Notes under the pieces: model-generated
What the model was told of the DNA's origin: nothing
What the model saw: only the letters and a program-made list of their open reading frames with translations
Databases searched by the model: none
From: Piromyces finnis finn
Taxonomy: Eukaryota; Fungi; Neocallimastigomycota
DNA length: 22,953 bases
Direction of reading: 5' to 3'
Assembly: GCA_002104945.1 (NCBI GenBank)
Contig: MCFH01000157.1
Location: forward strand, 1-22,953
Position numbers and translations under genes: made by a program
Shown: positions 10,903 through 22,953 of the stretch, piece after piece
Numbering within the stretch: position 1 is the first letter of the stretch
Layout: each line of letters begins with the position of its first letter

Positions 10903-11461
10903 TTTCTATATTAATTTCGATTATAATATTAAAAATATATATATATATATATTTTCCTTGTTGATTGATATGCTTAAATATAAATAATACTATTTACAAA
11001 TTTAATTATTAAAATAATAATAATAAAAAGAAAAAAAAAAAAACGAATTTCAAATCTATAATTTTAAAAGTAATTTTTATTCTTTTTTTTTTGAAAAAAA
11101 CTTTTTTTATATTATTTATATTATAATTAATTTAAATTCTATTGTTTATATTTTTTACTATTATATCAAGTCTATAATTTATATTTTAATCATGATATTA
11201 ATATAATTATTATTTAATATAATATTAGATGAGTTGCTTATAAATTTTTTTAAAATCTTAAATACTATAAAATTGGAAAATTTCAAATATAATTATTATT
11301 TTGAAATATATATTATTTAAACTTTTTTATTATTTATATTTTAGCTGTAATAATACTACTTATTTATTATTACATATTGGTTTCTCATTTTGCATAATTA
11401 ATCATTAATTAAATGCTACCCATTGAAGAATATTAAATAATATCAAAAAAAAGATATTTTT

Positions 11462-11617
11462 AATTTAGTTAATATATGTAGAAAACAATTAAGAATATTT
11501 AATTTAGTTAATATATGTAGAAAACAATTAAGAATATTTAATTTAGTTAATATATGTAGAAAACAATTAAGAATATTTAATTTAGTTAATATATGTAGAA
11601 AACAATTAAGAATATTT
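11462..11617. repeat. Perfect 39-bp minisatellite, 4 copies (aatttagttaatatatgtagaaaacaattaagaatattt)
   Basis: Units start at 11462, 11501, 11540 and 11579. Confidence 0.97.
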
Positions 11618-11670
11618 ACATAAAAAAAAAAAAGTTTATTAATTAAATAGTTTATTATAAAAAAAACGGC

Positions 11671-11875
11671 AGTTTAAGTCATTTTCAACTTTATTATTAT
11701 TTATATGTAAAATTTAGGTGATACAAAATATTTAATATAAATTATTATTAATTAGAGTTTAATATCCAAAGAAGTTTAAGTCATTTTCAAACTTTATTAT
11801 TATTTATATGTAAAATTTAGGTGATACAAAATATTTAATATAAATTATTATTAATTAGAGTTTAATATCCAAAGA
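11671..11875. repeat. Direct tandem duplication of ~102 bp, 2 copies differing by a 1-bp indel
   Basis: agtttaagtcattttcaa...tttaatatccaaaga at 11671-11772 and 11773-11875. Confidence 0.96.
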
Positions 11876-13237
11876 TAAGTAAATTGAAATAATTATTAGA
11901 TGTGGATTTTATTTTAATTATTAAACGTTAGAAAATAAAAAAAGATATAAACTATCATTAAAACCTTTTTTTTTTTTTCTCATTTGTTTTAGTTTAATTT
12001 TAGGAATCCTTTCTTTTTTTTAAACTCAAATATCGGTGTAAATAGGAAAAGAAAAATTAATTCCCGTTTTTTTAAATAACATAAATTGTGGATATTAAAA
12101 ATTTTAATTTAAATATTGTGGGAAAAAATGCAGAAGGCTTAAATAAATGCTATATACATAAAAGTTAATTTTATATCTACTTTGAAATAATGTGTATTAT
12201 GATAATAAATATATATTTATTTCAATATTTATTTATTTATTTAGAAATATACATTTTAAATTATTATCATTTATAATATTATTATTTCTATGTGAATTTT
12301 TTTTTAAAAAAAGAAAACAATTAAGAGCATATTTTTTAAGTGTACGGTAGTAGTTTATCCTTTTTTGAAAAGATATATAAATGGAATATATCTAAAATAC
12401 TGAATTAATTATAAATTATAAAACCTTTCAGTTAATTAGAATGTAATTATTATTAACCTCATTCTCATTATTAGCCATATTAATTTATTTTATAATAATA
12501 AACCCAGAAAAACATGTCAGACATTCTCATTTATCATTTATACATTGATAATAATTTAATATAATAAGATGATTATTATTAAAGTATTTATTATTGTTTT
12601 TTATTGTACTTTTGCTCCTATATAATATCAAGTTAAAATAATTATTATATAAATATGAATTAGTAATTATCCTAGATTTTTTAACCAGATTTTTTTGGCC
12701 AGAAGAATTTCTAAAATAATCAAAAAAAATCTTAATAATGACCATTTACATAAAAATATTTAAAAATTATTTCTAAGAACTACAACAAAAATACTGGTTA
12801 GTTTTGAGGTTTTATTAATTTATTATGTACGTGCAATCTATGAAAAAGTTACCTTAATGAAATACTAAAGAAAATTCGTAAACATTAGAGGAATTATATA
12901 AAAGATACTAAAATTGAGGATGGTGGAGTAAATATATATCAAAATTAATCATATCATCATATATATATATATTTTTTAATATTTTTAGTACTTTTAAAAG
13001 TAAAAAACTTTTAAATATTTTTAATAAATTAAAAAAAAAATTAAACTAATTTAATATATGAAATATACTTTTTTAAAATTTAATTTTTTTTTTTTTTTTT
13101 TTTTTTTTTCAAAAAAGTAAAACGAAAAAAAGAAATTGAAGCAAAAATATTAAATAATTATAATATTTAACTAATAATTTAATAATAAAAACTCAATATA
13201 TATCATTATTATTATATATATTTGAATTTAAATAAAT

Positions 13238-14320
13238 ATGTCTTCCAAAAGCTATTTAGCAGTAAGCTTGTTTTATATATAAATTTTTTTTAATCAAATC
13301 ATTAATAATAATAATAATAAATTTATAAAAAGGAATTTATAAGTATTCAAAAGGAGGTTTCAGGTACTATCGACCTTTTTGGTAAAAAATCTTCCAAAGG
13401 TAATATTAAATATAATTTATTTATTTTTTTTAATAATAATTATAAATCATTATCATAATATACAAATTTAATTTGTTAATATTTTTTTTATAGCTGCTCA
13501 ATCATTTCAAAGATGGGGTAGCGAAGAAAAGGATGATATAAAATCTCTTACAGATAATTTATATGGTATCTTTGTAAAAATAGAAGGCGCTTTTGAACAT
13601 CATTATAAACGTAAAGTATATTTTTAAAATGTCTTTCATATTTGTGATAATGTTTTCATTAAATAAATGTAAATATATTTACAATTTATAAAATATATTA
13701 TAGATGGTATTGAAAGAAGTGTTAATTCTTTTTATGAAATAATAGATGTATGTAAAAGTAATATTTATTTCATCATTATTATTAAGATAAACAAGCTCAT
13801 GTCTTTTTTTTTTTTTAACTTCATATGTATTATCTCATAATTTATAGGAAGTAGAATATATTAACAAACTTTCAAAAAAAAAGGACAAAACAGGAAAGAA
13901 ATTAAATAAAATTAGTAACATGGGAAATAAGGGTCTTTATAAAGCAAATGATAAACTTCGTAATGAATATGATGAAAAAACACAAAGTATTGAAGCTAAA
14001 AAAAGAAAAATTTTGAAAAAAGCATTAATCACTCAATTTGATGCTCTCAAGGACACAATTAATCGTTTAAAGTAAGTGTAATAATAATTTAATAAATCAA
14101 TTTTATTTTATCTTTATTTTATATTTTAATTATTAAAATGCTAAAATTTTTAAATTTAAAAGTATTTGTTGTGTTTATGGAAAGGCAATAATTAATAATC
14201 TCCCAGAAGGTAATTACTCTTATGTTGTATAAATTTTTATAATTATTATTATTTTTTTTCTTATACATTTTTTAGATTTTGTAAATTAGAATAATTAAAT
14301 AATTAATTAGAATTTGGAAC

Positions 14321-14380
<60 letters not shown>

Positions 14381-15864
14381 TTTTTTTTTTTTTCGAATTT
14401 TTAACAATTATTATCTATTTATTTTTATATACGTAAAAGAATATGATGATGAAAAATGTAATAAATATGTTAAAAAGAATGAAAAATTTATGAAAAAAGT
14501 TTATGAAGATCTTTCAAATTGTGGTGATAAATCCCAAGTAAAATGGGTAGTAGTTCAGATGCTGGTGGTAACAACAACAATGATAATAATGAAGGAAATT
14601 ATCCACAAAGTTCCTCTATGAATAGAAATATTGAGAATGATAGAAATAATATGAATTATGGCAATATGGGAATGATGAATAATGGTAATATGGGAATGAT
14701 GAATAAAACAATATAGGAATGATGAATGATGGCAATATGAGTATGATGGGTGGTATGCCAATGAATAATAATATGAATAATAATATGAATAATAATAATA
14801 TGAATAATATGCAAATGAATATTACAGGGGAATGTTTATGAGTAATAATATGAATGGTGTATCGGTAAACAATAATATAGGGAGAATGCCAATGTCACCT
14901 ATATCAATGTCTATGCCAAATATTCCTGCAAATCAGCCAATACCAGGAATACTGGAATAAATAATAATATGGGAATGTCTCAATCACCAATGATGGCAGG
15001 GATGAATATGATGAATGATAATATGGGTGCTTTACAACTTTCAGCTTATCAAAATATGACTAATAATAATAATAATAAGTATGTTAGTAAAGACGAAAAT
15101 AATAGCAAGAATAATTTATCTAATTCCAAACAAAATATCAATAATAACAATGATAATAGTGCAAGTAAATTGCATAGCAAAGTACATACAGATACCTCTA
15201 TTGGTTTCTCGACCCAAGGAACTAATTTTAACTATAATACTGCAACTAATGATTTCTTTAATATTCCAACTGTTCCAATTCTTCAGCTAGTAACAGATTA
15301 AATTCTACTAGTAGTATTGACAGTAATAATAGCAACAACAACAATAATAATAACTTTAATAACAATAGTTATGGCGGTTTTGATACCATTAATAATAGTA
15401 ATAATAATATTAATAGTAGTAATTTTATCATCAATAACCGTAGTAGTAGTAACCATGGTAGTTTCGATAACTATAATAATAATTGTTGCAATAGCCCAAT
15501 GTTTAGTAATAATAATCTTACAAATCCAAACTTTATTAATATGAATAACAATAATAGAATGAATAGTTTTGATAGTTACGATTCTAATTATAGTGGCATA
15601 CTCAAAAATAATAATAAACAACAATATAGCCCAAGTTTATCAGAATCTAGTTTTTCTACCAATAGTTCCAATATGCCAAATAATGATTACTTAAATGGCA
15701 ATATTAATAACAAAGGAAGTAATGGTAATATAAATGCTATGAGAATTCAAAGTCCAAATTCTGTTTCCAACGTCAATTCTCCTTACAAATCTATATTTGA
15801 AGTAGAAGATGATTTAAATGATCTTAATTATTTAAATTTGAATGATTCCAATAATAGAAATTAA
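13238..15864 (+). CDS. PIL1/LSP1-like eisosome BAR-domain protein with a long N/M/G/S-rich low-complexity C-terminal tail; exons 13238-13261, 13333-13399, 13494-13610, 13704-13747, 13848-14071, 14163-14209, 14440-15864 (about 4 apparent frameshifts in the tail at ~14545, ~14830, ~14950, ~15274)
   Basis: Six GT-AG introns splice in consistent phase to give MSSKSYLAEFISIQKEVSGTIDLFGKKSSKAAQSFQRWGSEEKDDIKSLTDNLYGIF...KKDKTGKKL...RKILKKALITQFDALKDTINRLNICCVYGKAIINNL. From memory this aligns nearly ungapped to yeast Pil1 segments (KLSQLVKIEKNV...AAKQLSIWG...DDVSDITDKL; KLRAAFNYQFDSI...GYGKALLELL). Confidence 0.75.
14321..14392. repeat. Compound microsatellite (ATT)n-(ATTT)n-poly(T) inside intron 6 of the PIL1-like gene
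   Basis: Read directly from the sequence. Confidence 0.95.
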
Positions 15865-16097
15865 GGTTATATTTTTAATCGATTTTTAGTATTTTTCAAA
15901 AAGATATAAATAAATTATAGTAAAGTAAAAACATAAGCTTCAATAATTTCAATTCTATTATATTATATCACTTTAAAATGTTAATATCAATTATTTTTAA
16001 TAGTAAAATATATTTAATAAATATAAAATCAATATATTTTTTATTTTATTTTAATATTAAATATTAATTTTATATATATATATGTTCAAGAAATAAC

Positions 16098-16128
<31 letters not shown>

Positions 16129-16703
16129 AAAATAGTAATTGGTATAGATTAAAAATTATTAATTTTAAATCTATATTTGATTATATTTAAAAAAGCAAAA
16201 AATAAAAACAAAGCAAAATAAATAAATAAAGAAACAAAAAAAAAAAAAAAAAAAAAAGAATAAATATGTTGTATTTTTATTTTAATAATAATATAATTTT
16301 ATATATGCCAATTCATAAGAATTTTCTTATATAAAAATTCAAAAAACAACAAAATAACGAAAGTGAAAAATAGTAATTGATATGAGTTAAAAAACAATTA
16401 TTTTTAAGTCCATATTCAATTGTATTTACAAAACGAAACGAAACAAACAAATAATAATAATGATAAAAAAAAAAAAACATTTACATCGACTGACAATTAT
16501 TAAGAAAAAAAAAAAATTAATAATAGTAAAAGGACAATTTAAGTAGGAAAAATTTTAACATGATGTTTTAATAATTGTTGATGAAATTATCAAAGTTGAA
16601 AAGTATTAATAATAAGTACTGAAAGAATGTATATTAAGAATCTGTTTTAATTTTATATTATTATATATCAATAATTATTACCTCTAAATAAAAAAAAATA
16701 TAA

Positions 16704-16745
<42 letters not shown>

Positions 16746-16778
16746 CATATTTATTCAATAAAATAACAAAGTTATTAA

Positions 16779-16828
16779 ACTGCTTACTAGTTTTCTTACT
16801 GTTTCTTCAGCATTGATACTCTAGTAAA
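16779..16828 (-). mobile_element. Short decayed relic of the same or a related LINE family (C-terminal coding end)
   Basis: 23-nt exact match tcttactgtttcttcagcattga between 16794-16816 and 1614-1636, with weaker flanking similarity; encodes S(I/V)NAEETVR. Confidence 0.6.
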
Positions 16829-17606
16829 AAGACATTATACTATCAAAATTCCAACGATCAATGTATTAAAATTAACAACAAATAGTATTAAGAACTTAAT
16901 AAAAGCACAATAATATTATTTGAATATTTTATTATTCTTATTTCTTTTATTTTTATTCTTTCTTTACTATTTTTGATCTATTCCCGCTGTCTATCATAAA
17001 ATTAGAGTCTTTTTTACAAAATCCATTATAAAACTTTATTTTTATTAAAAATTTTTTTAATGTAAAAATTTATAAACTATTTTTGTCTTTTTATCCTTTT
17101 TATGAAAAATTACAATTTCTATCCCTTTAGAAAATTTTAAATAACTTTGTAATTTGAAAAGTAACTCTTATTAATAAAACGGCGGTAATAATATAAAAAA
17201 AAAAAAAAAAAATCATAAACTCTAATCAGGGTTATATTTAATAGTTATTATAAATTTTTATATTGTTTATTAAGAAAATTGTTATTATTATTATTGTTGT
17301 TTTGTTGTTATTATTATTATCATTATTAAATTATTATAAAAGTTTCATAAAACGATAAATGTATTTTAAAAGAAATACAAGTGAAGCTTGAGTATTTTTT
17401 TTTTTTTTTCTTTTTTTTTTTTTATAAATAAAAATAAATTAATAATTAATAATAAAATATATATTTATATTTATTTTATATTTATATAATAATAAATATG
17501 AATCAAATTAATACTATAATTTGAATGGATTAAAATAATATGAAAATAAATGAAATAAGGATAAGGATAATAGAAAAAAAAAAAAAAAAAAAGAATAGAA
17601 TAGAAT

Positions 17607-19748
17607 TCATTTATTGGAAATATCAATAATTTTACATGGAATGTTTTTTTCTTTTACTGATTTTTCTGCTTCAAGATTAATAATTTTAATTCTCGTACAT
17701 AGTATTGAACATTTACAAAGTAAGAACGCATTTCTTTTAACAATTCTAAATAAAAATAACAAGGTGCAAGGGTTTTTGTGGGAAAGATGAAAATATAGAA
17801 AATTTCGAAGATTGTTTACTGTCACTTTCTCTTATATATTCATTCTTGAGTAGCTATATAAGTAAAGCATAAAATAACACTACATTGATAAAAGCCCAAG
17901 CTTCACTATATGAAAACGTAATGGCAAATATTCTTCTTTTCAGCTGCTTCTTTAAAAGCATTAAGCATAGATACATCATCAGCACTTTTGCAAGCAATAG
18001 CAATGGATTTTGCAATAGGATTTTTTTGGTCTTTCTGGATCATTAATGACATTTAGAATAAAGATTCGATTAATATTATTCTTCCGATATTGTAACGATA
18101 AAGAACTAACCATTTTATTTGTTCAGAAAAGTCTTTAACTGTCAGTAATATTGCTTTTAACAATTCATAACTTATTTACTGCATTCATCATTTCTTCTTT
18201 TTTGTATTATCTAAATAGTTATGATTTTTTATGAAGAAATCTTTATCGTTGATATATCATTAACAATCACGAAATAATTATTCTACTGTCCTTATTTAAT
18301 ATCAATGGATTCAGAGACTAATTAAGATTATCTATAGATGTGGAGAAGAGGTGGAAGAGTGGTGGATTAGAATTTGAATTATATTATCATCATCATTAAT
18401 TTCTCTATTATTATTATTAGCATCACCATCTTTATATAACTATTGCTGTTATATATAATTATCAGGAGAATAATTATAATATATTTTCGTTTATTATAAG
18501 ATATCTGATAAATTGGTATTATTTAATTTTTCATTTGGGTTGTTTTTTATTATATGATGAGATTGGAATTACGCTTCATTGAATTCTTTTTTTGCGCTTT
18601 CCATTATTTAATTCGGATAATTCAAGTAATATGAAAAGTCTTCAGAAATATCATTGAATCTGATTAATGTAACTTCATTAATTTTTTAAAAGAAATGCTG
18701 TGCCTTTAAAATATCAATGTTTGCAATCTATATCCTCGATATCAAAGTCATTAATTTAATTTTATTAAGGATATGAACTATTTCCAAAAGGAAAATAGAG
18801 CACAAGTAATGAATTCGTAATTACTTGTTAATTCTTTTTGCATTAAACTTATTAGGAGATCAGAACGACTTTTAATAAATTCTTTTAACTGAAGAGGAGG
18901 CATCCATCCTTATAGGTAAGTACTAACCATGTATCATAACTTAATATAATCAATGATATATACGCATATTTCATATCTTCCTTAAATAAATATTTATTTT
19001 TTTAACATTCATTAAATATAGCAAGTGAGTCTTTATAATCTTAATACCAATTCCTGAGAAGACCCAAGCTTGATTATTTCCTGATTCTATTTTATATAAT
19101 ATTAAAGATAATAATGTTATTTAAAAGATATAATTTTATTAATATATAATATTGACGGTTTGAATTTATCATATTATGATATGTGAAGTATGATGATTAC
19201 TATAACTTTTTTGAATAAAAATTTTTTTTATCCTTAAAATTAATAATATTATATACATTTACCGAAACAGTTACTAAATAAATAGCTTGTAATAATTGGG
19301 CATTTACATTTGTATAGTTTGCAATATTAATGCTTTTGCTTTTTCTATATATTCTGAAGCTTTGACTATTTGCATTGATTGGTATAAATATGCCATTCCA
19401 TACATAGAGAAAAGCAATATTTAGATAGAGTACCATCTTTGCATGAACAGCAAAATAATTATAATTTACAACCGGAAAATTGGATGAAAGTATTGTAATA
19501 CAATTATAACTACATAATTTATCAATTCTGATCCAATATTTTGATTTTCATTTACAACTAATTTACTTTGTAATTAATACTTTCATAATCAATATAATAT
19601 CAAAATGTATTTTGTGTCATTTTGACATCATATAAACAATCTAGATTTCTTGAATAATGCTTTCAATTACCGAATAGTTATAATTGTTGTTATGTTCATT
19701 ATATTACTTTCTTCCATTTCATCTTTTTATTAATAGTAAGAAAATTAG

Positions 19749-19781
<33 letters not shown>

Positions 19782-20343
19782 AATAAAATAAAATCTTAAT
19801 CTATATTCATAATAAGATAAAAAAAAATATTTCTGTTATATAATATACCTGATTCATTTTCATTTTTATCAGGCTTTTCACGTTTTTATATTTTCTTTTT
19901 TCTTTTTGTTGTGGTCCTATATATTATAGAAAGTTATTTGAGAAATAAAAAAAAGGCAAATCTTAATATTATAAATATATATTAAACTATATAAAGTTAT
20001 TATATTATTAATAAATACCTCTTTTTTTTGGAAATGGTTATAATAACAAACGTAATTATTGTTTACAAGTTAAACATTTTGGTCGTTCCCAGTACATTTT
20101 CTTTCTTTTTTTGCGACAACTTAAAATAATTTATATAAAAATGGAAAAAAAAAAAATTAATTTCTGTATTGATGTTGCAAGGTTTATTTAAAAGTCTTAA
20201 TATATGATTTATATAAAGTATATCAAGAATACATTTGATATATTTACTTTTCACCAGGCCTGGGTAACCTTTTTCTTAATTTTCCCTCACCTTGTGCATT
20301 ACCACTGTTATTGAAAGACTAAACAATTCTTGTCATTGTCCAT
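17607..20343 (-). pseudogene. Zn(II)2Cys6 binuclear-cluster transcription factor with a fungal-specific TF (middle homology) domain; multi-exon, densely frameshifted (pseudogene or poor consensus); start and end approximate
   Basis: Reconstruction across introns 20247-20120 and 20018-19917 gives RKRLPRP[G]EN|CRKKRKK-CTG-ERPKCLTCKQ.NYVCYY.PFPKKR|GP. Downstream fragments YFHPIFPVVNYNYF, LLFSMYGMAYLY, EYIEKAKALIL, QLLQAIYLV and QAWVFSGIGIK match the Fungal_trans-type pattern in the expected order. Confidence 0.8.
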
Positions 20344-22953
20344 TATATTAACAATTATTACGGATTTATCAAAATATTATACTTTTCTAAATAATAAGTT
20401 TATGTTAATGTTATATTAAAGAAAAATGTATAAAAATATGTATAAAAATATTAATACTATTGAATTTATTACATTGCCTTAACTTTTTTTTATGTTTTTT
20501 TTCTTATAAATATTATAAATTATTTTATTTATTTCATAAAAAATTATAAAGTATATGTAAAAGTTCAAGAATTATAAATATTTTTATTGATTAATAAAGA
20601 ATAAGATATTAATAATACTATATAATATATTTTTTAATATTACTTTACAGAATTTATAGAGTATTATTAATAGTTATTTTTTTTTTAAAAAAAAAATTAT
20701 TTTATTAGATTAATACGATAACATTAATCTTTTTGTTTTTCAGCAATGTAGAAAGAAAAATTATCAATAATGAAATCTATATATTTTATCAGCTATTTTT
20801 ATTTTATGGATGACCTTTCAAAATCAAATATTTTTTTTTTTTAAAAATTAATTCAAGTTTTTCAAAAAAAACTTATGTAATAAAGAAGAAAAATAAATAA
20901 TAAATAATAGTATTATATTAAAATAAATTAAATTTTATATTATGTAAAATGTAAATAACTAATTAAACTTCTAATAAAGAAATATTTAAAAAAAATTTAA
21001 AGTTAGAACTAATAAATTATGTAATGTTTTTTTTTTATAACGGATGAATAATATTTTAACTTTTGGGACTTAATCAATGCAGAAGAAGTAAAATAAAGAA
21101 AGAAAAAAAGAAAAAAAATAATGGATGATGAATTATAGAATTAAAGAAAAAAAAAGATTACAATAATAAATATGAAATATCATTTAATACATGTTTTCCG
21201 GTTCAATGTTGGTGAATTCAATTAATTATCTAATATAAAATTATTTTCATATTAATTTATCCTTTTTTTTTTAAATATTGTAGGAATCAACTTAAGAAAA
21301 AAAAAAAAGATGATGACTTTTATATATAATCTACATTAATTAAAATCTATAATTTTTATATTCCTTTTACAATGATAAAAAAACATATTTTTTTTCACTC
21401 TTATTTTTTTTTTAAACTCTTTTACTTTTTACTTCTTAGGTATATATGAAAATCATCATACATGTGACCTTCTTGATATAAAAAGAAAATTAATATATAG
21501 TTTTCCTAAATGTTTATATAATAAAATGATTAATAATATATTAATATTATTTATAGATTAAAATTTAATTAAATAAAATGAAAAAGTATACATAATACAT
21601 ATATGTATATATATAAATTTTTTTTATAATTAGACACTAAATCATATCGGCCAGATTTTAAAAAGGACTTTTTATATTTAACAAGTAATATTATATATAT
21701 ATAAAGATAAAGGGTTCTATTTATACTCGTATTAAAAAATATAAATGTTTATTGATTTTTACTGCATTATTAATTAAAATCATGGATCAATAATGATAAA
21801 TAACCCCGTAACAAAATATTTTATGATATATTTATTCCTATAATAAAAAGTTATTTTTATTTTTATTAAATAGTTTAAATAATAAAATATATGAATATAT
21901 AAATAGAATAATAGTGTAAATAAATAAACATTGCTAAGCATTTAAATAAATAATAAACAAGCAATAATTAACTTATGAATAAATAAATATACCTTTTAAA
22001 AAATTATATTTAAATTCCTTTATTAAAGATTTTTTATATATTTAAGGTTAAAAAATAAATTAAAATTTTTTATTACCAGACAAAAAAGGCATTTAAATTA
22101 AATGGTTGTATAAATTTATATTGACAAAGAAAAACCATTTGTTCAGCAAAATGTTATTTTTAAAGTATTTAAAGTTATTAATTAGTGAAAAGAAGAAAAG
22201 AATTAATAAATTTACTATTAATTATTCATTAAATAATTAAAAAAGACATTGAATAATTCATTTAATATTTATTATTTATTTTAGTATTGTTAAATTATAT
22301 AATTTATTTCATTTTTAATTCACTATTAAAAAAATATATACATATATACAACCTCCGTTTTTGTTCAATTATACAAATAAGAATATTAATAGACAAAAAA
22401 TGTTAAGAATAAAAAAAAACGATTATAATATTTAATTAGTATTGTTATTTTATTACACTAGGGTAATACTATATATTAATTATTGATATAATTCCAAGAT
22501 AATTATAAAATCATATGAAAATATGTTTTTATTTAATATTTTTAATAAACTCATTTTTTTAGTAATAAATCATATATAGAATATAAATTTAAAAAAAAAA
22601 AAAAAAGTTACTTAAAACTAGTCATCAATTTATACACACTTAATTTAAAAATAATATTGGAATTCATAAATTATACCAATTCATATTGTACTAATGTTCA
22701 AAGAAAAAAAAACTTTATCAAAATTATAATAATTTTTCTAATAACATTTACATTATGTTCAGAGTAATCAAATGTAAACGTAATGAAAATTAAATTTTAA
22801 TGTTTCTGTATTAATATGTAACAAAGTTTTAAGTATAAATTCAGTATTCTTTTCTTTTCTAAAATCATTATACTATTTATATTATAAAATTTATAAAAGT
22901 ATTTAAATAATCAGACTTTTTTGTATTGAGGCTTTATTTGATAATTAATATCT

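Noticed and set aside
12471-12476. XlnR-like GGCTAA site upstream of GH74 (minus strand)
   Set aside because: A single hexamer ~1.6 kb from the ATG is expected by chance, and XlnR-type regulation is not established for this lineage.
10775-12745. ORFs 10775-10987 and 12527-12745
   Set aside because: AT-biased chance ORFs; the first is antisense to GH74 exon 1.
14555-15624. ORF-track ORFs 14555-14761, 15081-15290, 15298-15624 and 15317-15544 (Ile/His/Val-rich, membrane-looking)
   Set aside because: They are alternative or antisense frames of the AAT-rich low-complexity tail of the PIL1-like gene.
20172-20195. Micro-exon LLNKPCN that could supply the first TF cysteine
   Set aside because: No GT or plausible GC donor follows it; a single intron 20247-20120 gives correct Cx2C spacing more simply.
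20400-22953. Long AT-rich stretch with poly(A)/(T) runs and isolated CGG/CCAGA words
   Set aside because: No coherent exon chain, repeat unit or RNA gene could be supported; consistent with ordinary intergenic/promoter DNA.

Overview
Eukaryotic, extremely AT-rich genomic DNA, most consistent with an anaerobic gut fungus (Neocallimastigomycota), judged from fungal dockerin domains, short GT-AG introns and long A/T tracts. Contents in order: (1) two near-identical copies of an APE/RT non-LTR retrotransposon (LINE) lying tail-to-tail as a >=1.3 kb inverted repeat with a ~55 bp loop; the minus-strand copy looks near full length (RRM-like N-terminus, endonuclease, RT, CCHC finger); (2) a hairpin-rich 212-bp higher-order tandem repeat upstream of that LINE; (3) a 3-exon secreted GH74 xyloglucanase with three fungal dockerins (minus); (4) two tandem repeats in the divergent intergenic region; (5) a 7-exon PIL1/LSP1-like (eisosome BAR) gene with a long Asn/Met-rich tail (plus), whose BAR exons are absent from the ORF track; (6) a short decayed relic of the LINE family; (7) a heavily frameshifted Zn(II)2Cys6 + fungal-specific TF domain gene (minus), also not evident from the ORF track. 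Single-base indels in homopolymers are common and may be long-read consensus errors, so pseudogene status cannot be settled from this window. All protein-family matches are by eye and from memory of the motifs; no database search was run.
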